A stretch of DNA of 63,201 nt from Patescibacteria group bacterium (GTDB lineage Bacteria > Patescibacteriota > Microgenomatia > UBA1400 > JAHJAY01): NCBI GenBank assembly GCA_018813815.1, contig JAHJAY010000026.1, positions 1 through 63,201 on the forward strand. Reading direction: 5' to 3'. The notes under the pieces are model-generated. The model made no database searches and was not told where the DNA came from. It saw only the letters and a program-made list of their open reading frames with translations. The position numbers were made by a program, and so were the translations under genes. The stretch's first letter is position 1. Every line of letters begins with the position of its first letter. Positions 35,402-44,040 of the stretch are shown piece after piece.

Positions 35402-36783
35402 AAAGAAAAGCAGTGGTTGCGTTAGTAATTTTGTTGCTTTTTGCGGCTGGATTACGACTTTATCGGGCTGATCGTTTACTGCCATTTTCCTTTGATCAGG
35501 AGCGGGATGCGTGGGTGATTAAAGCGATGGTTGACACTCAGCGACCGGTTTTGATTGGCCCGGAAATAGCCGGCCGGGGATTTTTTCTCGGACCGCTTTA
35601 TTATTATTTACTTTTACCTGCTTATTTAGTGTTTAACCTTGATCCCGGCGGGACAATTTATTTGCCGCTCTTGCTTAGTTTATTATCAGTGACGGCTTTT
35701 TACTTGATTGGCCGGGTCTGCTGTTCTGTTCAAGCGGGTTTGTTGGCGGCTTTTATTTATGCCGGTTCTGCTTTTATGGTTCAATTTGATCATGTTCCCT
35801 GGAATGTTAATTTAATGATACCTTTATCATTACTAATTTTTTATTGGGCCCATCAAGTTTTTATTAAAAATAAGCCGGCTTATTTGCCGGGTTTGTTTTT
35901 TTGTTTAGGGCTTTATTTCCACGCTCATTTTACTGCGATTGTGTTTTTAGCAGGAACAATAATACTTTTATTGCTTAAACGATTGGCCGTGAATAAGTCG
36001 GTGATAGTCAAAACCAGCGTCGCTTTTTTAGCGCCGTTACTGCCCTTAATTATATTTGACTTAAGACATAATTGGCTTAATTTACGCCATGTCTGGTTGC
36101 TCCTTTTTTCTCAGACAAGCCGAATTATTAGCAATCCGGCTGCTCAGTTTTTAAGTATGATAGATTGTCAAATAAGCAACCTGAGTCAAACCTTGTTCTA
36201 TCAACCGCTTCAACCAATCTTGTTTTGCCTAAAAATCTTATTGGCAATTTATTTTATTAATTTGATAATTAAAACAGCAAGTCCGCCGCGCTCATGGAAT
36301 ATTAGAACTTTAGGTCTTTTTTATATGCTGTTTTTTGCCTTGGTTCTAAGTTTTTACACTGAAAGCGTGCCGGAGTATTATTTTTTTTCAGTTTTGCCTT
36401 TAGCGCTGTTGCTTTTCAGTCAAGATGCGGCTTTATTTATCAGCCGACGCGGTAGGAATTTATTAATTATTATAGGGACAGTGTTTGTTTTGTTTAATTT
36501 TTATACAGTTTTAAAGGCTGAAAACTCTAATAGTTTGTATTATAAGCGCCGCTTGGTTGAATTTGTTATCACTGAAGCCAAGGGTCCGTTTCAACTCAAC
36601 TACACCACGGCTGTTAATTTTGACAATGGTTACCGCTACCTTTTTGACTTATATAAAGCACCAATTGTTAATGATAAACAGTATCCGGCTTTTACTCTTG
36701 TTTCTCCTCATGACTTTAGCAACATTAAATCTGATTATCGCTTTGGGATAATCGGCTTAGTTGGACCGGTTTATGAAAACTAA
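35398..36783 (+). CDS. polytopic GT-C-like membrane protein (series E; stand-alone paralog of the C-terminal domain of 10399-12552)
   Basis: FSFDQERDAWVIKAMV and RGFFLGPLYYYLLLP align with FLGDEGRDVLVVKRM and GGFYLGPIYYYFMLP. ATG 35398 forms an ATGA overlap. Confidence 0.62.
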   Translation: MKRKAVVALVILLLFAAGLRLYRADRLLPFSFDQERDAWVIKAMVDTQRPVLIGPEIAGRGFFLGPLYYYLLLPAYLVFNLDPGGTIYLPLLLSLLSVTAFYLIGRVCCSVQAGLLAAFIYAGSAFMVQFDHVPWNVNLMIPLSLLIFYWAHQVFIKNKPAYLPGLFFCLGLYFHAHFTAIVFLAGTIILLLLKRLAVNKSVIVKTSVAFLAPLLPLIIFDLRHNWLNLRHVWLLLFSQTSRIISNPAAQFLSMIDCQISNLSQTLFYQPLQPILFCLKILLAIYFINLIIKTASPPRSWNIRTLGLFYMLFFALVLSFYTESVPEYYFFSVLPLALLLFSQDAALFISRRGRNLLIIIGTVFVLFNFYTVLKAENSNSLYYKRRLVEFVITEAKGPFQLNYTTAVNFDNGYRYLFDLYKAPIVNDKQYPAFTLVSPHDFSNIKSDYRFGIIGLVGPVYEN

Positions 36784-38374
36784 AAATTTTCAGCCATGGT
36801 TGTTAATGGCCGGTTTTTTGGCGATATTTTTTTGGGCAGTTAAGAATCTACTCGGGCCGGGTTTTTTTCAAAACCATGATGGCGCTTTTCATTTAATAAG
36901 ATTATGGCAGTTTGATAAAGCGGTAAGAGCTGGGATTTTTCCGGTGCGCTGGCTGGCGGATTTAAATATGAATAATGGTTCGCCGGTTTTAAATTTTTTT
37001 TATCCCTTGCCTTATTATTTGGCCGAGCTGGTTCATTTGCTTGGTTTTAGTTTGGGCAGCTCTTTAAAGCTGGTGGTTATTTTATCTTTAGGACTGTCAT
37101 GGTGGGCAATGTTTTTTTGGCTCAAAGAGCGCTTTAATTCTTTGGCTGCCTTTTTGGGTGCAGTTTTTTATCTTTATGCTCCATATCGTTTTTTAACCGC
37201 CTATGTTTCTTTTAATCTGGGCGAGGCAGTGGCTTTTGTTTTTCCACCTTTGGTTTTATGGTCCTGGGCTAAACTAGACAAAACCAATAAGCCAAAATAT
37301 TTTGGCTTGAGCGCTTTACTTCTTGGTTTATTAGTTCTAAGCCACAATATTTTTGCGGTAATTTTTTTGCCGATAATTTTTATTTGGTTATTAGTTATCA
37401 GCAAAAAAAGGTTTTTAGCTTTGCTTAGTTTTATTTTAGCTTTGGGGTTGAGTGCTTATTTTTGGTTGCCGGCTCTGGGTGAGAAAAAATATGTTAACCT
37501 CGGCCATCAACCGGCCGCTCCTTATCAGGTTCATTTTCCCACCATGAAACAACTGCTTTATTCTCCTTGGGGTTATGGTTATTCTTTGGCAGGGCCTGAT
37601 GATGGCATGAGTTTTCAAATCGGCCTGGCTCATTTAATGGTTTTAATGCTTGTTCTAGCCGGATTGATATTTAAATGGAAAAAAGACCGGGAGATATGGA
37701 TCATCGTTGGCATTTTTATACTAAGTTTTTTTTTAATGCTCGAACAATCGGTTTTTGTTTGGCAAAAACTAGTATTTTTAGCCCAGCTTCAATATCCCTG
37801 GCGTTTACTGTCAGCAAGTGTCCTTATTGTGTCTTTTTTAGCCGGGTGGTTAATAAATAAAACCAACTCCAGAACGCTTTTTATTATTCTCTTGGCTTTA
37901 GTTTTAGTTGCCAACCGGAATCATTTACGGCCAGTTGATCAAATCAGGCATCCGGACGCTTTTTATCTGGAAAATCAGGCATTAGCTTATGGCAGTACTG
38001 ACATTTCTTTAGAAACTTTGCCGGTTGGGGTTTTAAAACCAACCGGTTTTCCGGATCATAAAATCGAACTTTCAGGGAAAGGAATTGTAGTTAATCAGCT
38101 GCTTGATCGGCAGCATTATTTAGCGGAGCTCCATTTAGAGGAAAAGCAAAAAGTGACAATCCATACTTTTTATTTTCCCGGCTGGCAGGTTTTTATTGAT
38201 GATCAATCGGTGAAGCCGGATCAATCAACCACCGGTTTAATTGAATTTGAGCTGTTTTCAGGAGATTACCACTTAGGGGTGGTTTTTAAAAACACGCTGC
38301 TTAGAAATATGGCTAATGGAATTTCTTTATTCTCTCTGCTGGTTTTAGCCAGTATAATATTAAAGCAAGTATGA
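36773..38374 (+). CDS. GT-C candidate, PTPS_related/YfhO-like membrane protein (series B, copy 3)
   Basis: NHDGAFHLIRL, GIFPVRW, NFFYPLPYY, C-terminal FYFPGWQVFIDDQ. ATG 36773 preferred over TTG 36761. Confidence 0.7.
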   Translation: MKTKNFQPWLLMAGFLAIFFWAVKNLLGPGFFQNHDGAFHLIRLWQFDKAVRAGIFPVRWLADLNMNNGSPVLNFFYPLPYYLAELVHLLGFSLGSSLKLVVILSLGLSWWAMFFWLKERFNSLAAFLGAVFYLYAPYRFLTAYVSFNLGEAVAFVFPPLVLWSWAKLDKTNKPKYFGLSALLLGLLVLSHNIFAVIFLPIIFIWLLVISKKRFLALLSFILALGLSAYFWLPALGEKKYVNLGHQPAAPYQVHFPTMKQLLYSPWGYGYSLAGPDDGMSFQIGLAHLMVLMLVLAGLIFKWKKDREIWIIVGIFILSFFLMLEQSVFVWQKLVFLAQLQYPWRLLSASVLIVSFLAGWLINKTNSRTLFIILLALVLVANRNHLRPVDQIRHPDAFYLENQALAYGSTDISLETLPVGVLKPTGFPDHKIELSGKGIVVNQLLDRQHYLAELHLEEKQKVTIHTFYFPGWQVFIDDQSVKPDQSTTGLIEFELFSGDYHLGVVFKNTLLRNMANGISLFSLLVLASIILKQV

Positions 38375-40017
38375 AATACAAAAGACTAATTTTTTGGCTT
38401 ATTATTTTTTTAGCCGTTTGGTTGCGGTTTTATCGTCTTGGGAGTAATCCGCCGAGTCTTTATTGGGATGAGGCTTCTTTGGGTTATAATGCTTATTCGA
38501 TTTTAACCACCGGCCGGGATGAGCATGGTGAGTTTTTACCCCTGGATAGATTTATGGCTTTTGGTGACTATAAGCCGCCGGGTTATATTTATGCTACTGT
38601 TCCTTTTGTCTGGCTTTTTGGATTGAATGAAATCAGTGTCCGCTTGGCTTCAGCTTTAGCCGGTATCGGAACCGTGATTTTGAGCTATTTTTTAGCTAAA
38701 CAAATTTTCCCTTCTTCGCTAAAGCTACGGAAGGGTAAGGCAAGCACGGTTAATTTGGTTGCTTTAATTGCTTCATTTTTATTAGCCATTTCTCCCTGGC
38801 ATTTGCAAATGTCCCGGGCCGCGTTTGAAGCAAATTTAGCCCTGTTTTTTAATACAGCTGCTTTAACCTTGTTTATTTACTGGTTAAATAAACCAAGAAA
38901 GCGACTACTGCTTGGTTCTGTTTTGTTTTTTATGCTGGCTTTTTACACTTTTAATGCCAATCGGATTATTAGCTTGCTTTTGATTTTAAGTTTGGGATTA
39001 ATTTATGGGAAAAAATTATGGCAGCAGCGAAAAACTTGTTTAATTGCCGCAATATTGAGTTTTTTACTTTTACTGCCCTCAGTCGGGTTTTTATTATCAA
39101 ACGAGAGCCGAATCCGCTTCCAAGAAGTTTCTATTTTTAATAATCTTGAGCCATTAAAAACGTCTAATCAACAAATTGACTGGTTAAATAATTCTTTAGC
39201 GGGCCGTTTGCTGTTTAACCGTCGATTGGTTTATGGTTGGCATTTTTTAAAGCATTATTTTGACCATTTTGAACCACAATATTTATTTATCAGCGGCGAT
39301 CGCAATCCGCGCTTTTCTACTCAGGATGTTGGTTTATTTTATTTATTTGAATTGCCATTATTGTTGATCGGTTTTTACCAACTGGTGGTTAAAAAAAATC
39401 AGTATACCAAATTTTTAATTTTGTGGGTGTTAGTGGCCTTAATTCCTTCAGCTTTAGCTAAAGAAACACCTCATGCTTTACGGACACTTTCAGTTATGCC
39501 CGTGCCGCAGATGGTGGCAGCTTTGGGCGCCTGGCAAGTTTGGCAGGTTTTAAAAAATAAAAGATTTTGGCATTTGTTATTTGGCATTTTGATTTTTATT
39601 AATATTATTTACTATTTCCACTCTTATTATGTTCATTGGCCTACAGAATCGGCTAAAGAGTGGCAATATGGCTATCAACAAGCGGTTGAGGCGGTTAAGC
39701 GGCGGCAAAATGACTATGATCAAATTGTAATCACCCGGGCACTGGACCGGCCTTATATCTATTTTTTGTTTTATAATCAGTATCCAGCCAGTCAGTATTG
39801 GCAGACACGGCAGGCGAGACGAGATAATTTCGGCTTTTGGCATATTGACGGTTTTGGACAATATACTTTTGGCTTAGATCAGCTTAAAGCCGGCCAGTCG
39901 GCTTTAGTGGTGGCAGAACCAAAAGACAAACCAGCTGACTGTCAAATATTAGAAACCATTAATTTACCGGCTGGCCAGCCGTCTTTATTAGTTTGTGAGG
40001 TAACCAGTGAAAAATAA
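38371..40017 (+). CDS. PMT_2/ArnT-like GT-C glycosyltransferase candidate (series A, copy 3)
   Basis: LYWDEASLGYNAYSILTTGRDEHG, GDYKPPGY, AISPWHLQMSRAAFE, TPHALRT. ATGA overlap. Confidence 0.8.
   Translation: MKYKRLIFWLIIFLAVWLRFYRLGSNPPSLYWDEASLGYNAYSILTTGRDEHGEFLPLDRFMAFGDYKPPGYIYATVPFVWLFGLNEISVRLASALAGIGTVILSYFLAKQIFPSSLKLRKGKASTVNLVALIASFLLAISPWHLQMSRAAFEANLALFFNTAALTLFIYWLNKPRKRLLLGSVLFFMLAFYTFNANRIISLLLILSLGLIYGKKLWQQRKTCLIAAILSFLLLLPSVGFLLSNESRIRFQEVSIFNNLEPLKTSNQQIDWLNNSLAGRLLFNRRLVYGWHFLKHYFDHFEPQYLFISGDRNPRFSTQDVGLFYLFELPLLLIGFYQLVVKKNQYTKFLILWVLVALIPSALAKETPHALRTLSVMPVPQMVAALGAWQVWQVLKNKRFWHLLFGILIFINIIYYFHSYYVHWPTESAKEWQYGYQQAVEAVKRRQNDYDQIVITRALDRPYIYFLFYNQYPASQYWQTRQARRDNFGFWHIDGFGQYTFGLDQLKAGQSALVVAEPKDKPADCQILETINLPAGQPSLLVCEVTSEK
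38705..38755 (+). repeat. second copy of the nucleotide-conserved FPSSLKLRKGK insertion
   Basis: See 32470-32520. Local hairpin potential: CCCTTC..CG / CG..GAAGGG. Confidence 0.6.
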
Positions 40018-41620
40018 AAAGGCCATGACTGTTTTAGCGGTGTTAATTGTAATATTGGCCGGCTGTTTGCGTTTTTATAAGCTTGGTCAAGTGCCGTTGT
40101 CTTTGGATTGGGATGAAGCTTCATTGGGATATAATGCTTATTCTTTATTAAAAACCGGCAAGGATGAATTTGGCAATTTGTTGCCAATTAACTTGCGTTC
40201 GTTTGAAGACTATAAACCGGCTTTGTATAGCTACCTAACTATAATTCCTGTAGGTTTATTTGGTTTAACGGAATTTAGCGTCCGTTTTGTTTCTGCTTTA
40301 GCCGGAACTTTAACCGTGCTTGTGGTTTATTTAACCATGCGTCATGCGCCATATGCGGCCATTGCCGGCTTCCTGCTGGCAATTTCTCCTTGGCATCTTC
40401 AGTTTAGTCGGATCGCTTTTGAAGTAAACTTAGGCTTATTTTTCTTTTCCTTAGGTGTTTTTTTCATCTTCGAGGTTCCGCCAGCTGGCGGAACAAAACG
40501 CCTTGGGATTTTAAGTTTTTTGACTTCAGCCGTAGCTTTTGTTTTAGCTATGTATAGCTATCATTCATTTCGCTTAATTGTGCCGGTTTTTGTCATCTTG
40601 GTTTTTTTGTTTCGTTTTAAGCAGTTTTTAAAGCAAAAGAAAACGGTTTTGGTTTCTTTATTTATTGCTTTAATTTTATTAATTCCTTTGCTTGGTTCTT
40701 TTTTAAATCAGGAAGGTCAGGCCCGGTTCAGTTCAGTTACCACCCTTACGCCGACGGGTACACTTGATCGTTCTATTCGATTAATGGATTATGATCGTAA
40801 AATCGATAGTCTTTTTTCAGTTTTACATAACCGCCGGATTGTTTATTTTTTAACTGCCATAAAGGGCTATTTGGATCATTTTGCGCCTAACTTTTTGTTT
40901 TTAATTGGCGATCATTCTTTACGCCACCATATTTTAAATCACGGCATGTTTTATATTTGGCAATTGCCTTTAATAATTATTGGCATGATTTATTTGCTTA
41001 AAAAGAAAAGCCGTTATTCGTTAATGCTTTGGTTGTGGTTGTTAGTCGCGCCCTTAGCCTCAGCTTTGACCAGCGGGACGCCTCATGCGGTTCGGGCGAT
41101 TTTAATGGTGGTGCCGCTAACCATTTTTTCCGCCATTGGTTTATGGCGGGCCAACTTGATGTTAAAAACCAAAAAAATATTATTGCTTAGCGTTTATTTA
41201 TTACTAATTATTTTAACCGCTCGTTACTTTGTCCAATACTATTATATTTATCCGAAACAAGCGGCTCGGGATTGGCAATATGGCTTTAAACAAGTAGTTG
41301 AGTTTATTCAGACCGAAAACCAAACAAAATTACCTACGATTGTTACTTATGAATATGATCAACCCCACATCTTTTTTATGTTTTATCAACAAACCGATCC
41401 AACGGAATATCAGCAAAAATGGGCCAATAATCCGATTGAGCGGTTTGAGCGTTCTTTTGATAATTATCAATTCAGGAAAATCAATTGGGCAGAGGATCAA
41501 CAGCTTCAAGATGTTTATATTGTGGCGGCGGCCAGTGAGGTTCCGGACAATCCGCCCGGTTTAATTAAGGAAATTTATTTCCCTGACGGCACACCGGCTT
41601 TTAAAATAATTAAAAAATAA
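40007..41620 (+). CDS. PMT_2/ArnT-like GT-C glycosyltransferase candidate (series A, copy 4)
   Basis: LDWDEASLGYNAYSLLKTGKDEFG, EDYKPALY, AISPWHLQFSRIAFE, TPHAVRA. GTG 40007 or ATG 40025 start. Confidence 0.8.
   Translation: MKNKKAMTVLAVLIVILAGCLRFYKLGQVPLSLDWDEASLGYNAYSLLKTGKDEFGNLLPINLRSFEDYKPALYSYLTIIPVGLFGLTEFSVRFVSALAGTLTVLVVYLTMRHAPYAAIAGFLLAISPWHLQFSRIAFEVNLGLFFFSLGVFFIFEVPPAGGTKRLGILSFLTSAVAFVLAMYSYHSFRLIVPVFVILVFLFRFKQFLKQKKTVLVSLFIALILLIPLLGSFLNQEGQARFSSVTTLTPTGTLDRSIRLMDYDRKIDSLFSVLHNRRIVYFLTAIKGYLDHFAPNFLFLIGDHSLRHHILNHGMFYIWQLPLIIIGMIYLLKKKSRYSLMLWLWLLVAPLASALTSGTPHAVRAILMVVPLTIFSAIGLWRANLMLKTKKILLLSVYLLLIILTARYFVQYYYIYPKQAARDWQYGFKQVVEFIQTENQTKLPTIVTYEYDQPHIFFMFYQQTDPTEYQQKWANNPIERFERSFDNYQFRKINWAEDQQLQDVYIVAAASEVPDNPPGLIKEIYFPDGTPAFKIIKK
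40475..40494. repeat. 20-bp perfect GC-rich palindrome inside a CDS
   Basis: GTTCCGCCAGCTGGCGGAAC. Encodes VPPAGGT in a loop not shared by the paralogs. Central CAGCTG. Confidence 0.9.
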
Positions 41621-41641
41621 AAGATGCTATGGAGATCCGGG

Positions 41642-42259
41642 CTAGATTTTGAAGCTTTTAATCTGATTAATAATTCCCTTTTTTACCGCTGGCCAGCTGA
41701 TATCAAGGTGCATCCTTGGTGAAGGCTGATTTTCTGCATCGTTGAAATAAACCAATGATTTTAGAATATGAGTTTGATTATAATCAATGCCTTTGTATTT
41801 TTCTGCCATTTTTTTAAATAAAGTTTCTAAAGAATATTTTTCTAATAAGAAATAAAGATCAATAAAATCTTTTTTGGCTCCCCTTGAAGAAATTGTGAGT
41901 AATTTTGTGCAGGCAATATCAATTAGAGAGCTAATTTTCAAAGTTTGCCACTCAAGCGGTTGCTCTAATAATTTATAGGGATAATAAAGAAACTGTAATT
42001 TTACTTTTTTTATAAATAAATTAAGAGTGTCCTTGTTGATTTCTACTTCTTTAAGGGAGCCAATTTTTTCCAGTTTTTGCTGCAGCTGTAAAGGATTAAA
42101 GCTTTTTTGGCTGAAAAAATCCAGGTCTTCTGATTCTCGGTGACCTAATTGAAGAGAAAGAGCGGTGCCGTCAGTTAAATAAAACGATTGAAGAAACTTC
42201 TTGTTTTTGATTTGTTTTAATAAGTGAATGGTTTGTATTGGTAAAGTGTTGAGATGCAT
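41642..42259 (-). CDS. AbiEii/AbiGii-family nucleotidyltransferase toxin (type IV TA)
   Basis: FYLTDGTALSLQLGHRESEDLDFF and RGAKKDFIDLYFLL, typical of the AbiEii (DUF1814) family. Confidence 0.82.
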   Translation of the reverse strand: MHLNTLPIQTIHLLKQIKNKKFLQSFYLTDGTALSLQLGHRESEDLDFFSQKSFNPLQLQQKLEKIGSLKEVEINKDTLNLFIKKVKLQFLYYPYKLLEQPLEWQTLKISSLIDIACTKLLTISSRGAKKDFIDLYFLLEKYSLETLFKKMAEKYKGIDYNQTHILKSLVYFNDAENQPSPRMHLDISWPAVKKGIINQIKSFKI

Positions 42260-42260
42260 T

Positions 42261-42500
42261 CTAGCTGAGGTAGATTGACCAAAAATTTTTACTTTTAAGG
42301 CTTAACTTTAATTGCGACAATTTTACTTTTAGCTCTTTTTTATTTAATTGAGAAAAAACCCAGGAAACCGTTTCTTGATTGCCTTTTTCTAGGATGGTTT
42401 GAATAATATAATCTTGATGCTCGGGCCAATTTAGATCTTGAAGCTTATCACCCCAGAAGTATTTGCTTACTGATTTTGGCAGGCTAAACTTATTGGTCAT
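42261..42500 (-). CDS. putative cognate antitoxin / partner protein of the AbiEii toxin
   Basis: Ends 1 nt before the toxin ATG. KYFWGDKLQDLNWPEHQDYIIQTILEKG motif. ATG 42500 preferred because TATAAT (42513-42508) lies 7 nt upstream; the ORF track extends to 42554. Confidence 0.5.
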   Translation of the reverse strand: MTNKFSLPKSVSKYFWGDKLQDLNWPEHQDYIIQTILEKGNQETVSWVFSQLNKKELKVKLSQLKLSLKSKNFWSIYLS

Positions 42501-42507
42501 TAATAAT

Positions 42508-42513
42508 ATTATA
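42508..42513 (-). promoter_or_regulatory. -10 TATAAT of the TA pair (leaderless-type)
   Basis: Minus strand reads GATATAAT, 7 nt, ATG 42500. Confidence 0.4.
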
Positions 42514-42606
42514 TCTTTTTTAAGAGAAAAATGGCAGTCTGTTTTTGAAAACAATGGTCAGCTGGTTTTGAAAAAAGGGTTAGGTTGAGAGATAATAGCT
42601 TCAGAG

Positions 42607-44040
42607 GTGGAGAAAACAACTAAAAACAGATCGGTTTTAATTCTTGGCGGCGGTTTATGTGGTTTAAGTGCGGGTGTTGAGTTATCTCGTAAAGGCTGGC
42701 AAATAACGGTTTTGGAATCTGAATCAGAAGTTGGCGGTTTGGCACGGACTTTTATTAAAAACGGTTTTCATTTTGACACCGGCCCGCACCGCTGGTTTAC
42801 AAAAATTGATTTTGTTGATAAATGGATGAACCGGATTTTTGCCAAGGATTTGGTTAAAGTTAAGCGCTTAACCCGGATTTATTTTGACCAACAGTTTTTT
42901 TATTACCCGATGCGTTTGGAAAATCTCCGCCGCCTCGGAGTTTTTAAAGCAGTCTATATTTTGTTTGATTATTTGATTCATCGGCTTAAAACCATCATCA
43001 AGCCGATGGCTGTTCAGTCAATGGAAGATGCTTATGTTGAACAGTTTGGGCCGGCTTTATATAAAACTTTTTTCCAGCGTTATTCAGAAAAACTTTGGGG
43101 CCGGTCTTGTAAAGAGTTGACTGGTGATTTTGTAATTCAACGCAGCCGCCGGATGTCTTTAACAACCATAGTTAAAGACTTAATTTTTAAATCTAAAGGC
43201 AAAGTGGTTAGTTTAGTTGATTCTTTTCGTCATCCCAAGCAGGGTATTGGTTGGTTTTCCCAAAAAATGGCATTGCTGATTAAACAGAATGGCGGTCGGG
43301 TAATAGTCAACAGCCGGGTAGTGGCGCTGAAGCGGCGCGCCGGTAAAATTATAAGCGTAGTCGTTCAGGAAAAAGGCAGGCAAAAAATTTATCAAGCCGA
43401 TCAAATAATTTCCACCATTCCCTTGCCGGATTTAGTTTTGGGGTTAAAACCGGCATTAGTCTCATCAGTGCTGAAAGCGGCTAGACAATTAGAGTTTCGT
43501 GCTGAAGCTCAAGTAACTTTATTTGTTAATCGAACCAAGATTTTTCCCGACAATTGGATTTATGTTCATCCCAAACACCTGAGCTTTGTCCGGTTTATGC
43601 TCATGGATAATTGGGCACCGGGCATGTGTCCTAAAGGAAAAACTGCTTTAGTATTTGAATTAGCCTGCAACCAAGGTGATGAGGTTTGGCAGGCTAAAGA
43701 CAACGAGTTAATTAATTTGGTCAAAAACCAGTTTATTCAAGAATTTGGTCCATTGGCCGGTATCGCGGAAAAAGACATTATTAACGGATTTGTTAAACGT
43801 CTGACTCATGAATATCCGGTTTATTTGCCCGGTTATAAAGAACAGTTAAAAACAATCAAGCAGGTCTTGGGTAAAATAACCAATTTGCAGATTGCCGGCC
43901 GTAATGGTATTTTCCGCTACAACAATATGGATCATTCAATTGCCATGGGTTTGTATGCGGCCTGGAATTTAACGGGCGGGAATTATGATATTGAAGCAGT
44001 TAACATTGAAGAAGAGTATCATGAAGAAAAAAAACCGTAA
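42607..44040 (+). CDS. FAD/NAD(P)-dependent oxidoreductase (amine-oxidase / HemY / UDP-galactopyranose-mutase-like fold)
   Basis: Dinucleotide-binding VLILGGGLCGLSAGVEL...VLESESEVGGLART, then GPHRWFT. 477 aa. GTG start. Confidence 0.78.
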   Translation: MEKTTKNRSVLILGGGLCGLSAGVELSRKGWQITVLESESEVGGLARTFIKNGFHFDTGPHRWFTKIDFVDKWMNRIFAKDLVKVKRLTRIYFDQQFFYYPMRLENLRRLGVFKAVYILFDYLIHRLKTIIKPMAVQSMEDAYVEQFGPALYKTFFQRYSEKLWGRSCKELTGDFVIQRSRRMSLTTIVKDLIFKSKGKVVSLVDSFRHPKQGIGWFSQKMALLIKQNGGRVIVNSRVVALKRRAGKIISVVVQEKGRQKIYQADQIISTIPLPDLVLGLKPALVSSVLKAARQLEFRAEAQVTLFVNRTKIFPDNWIYVHPKHLSFVRFMLMDNWAPGMCPKGKTALVFELACNQGDEVWQAKDNELINLVKNQFIQEFGPLAGIAEKDIINGFVKRLTHEYPVYLPGYKEQLKTIKQVLGKITNLQIAGRNGIFRYNNMDHSIAMGLYAAWNLTGGNYDIEAVNIEEEYHEEKKP

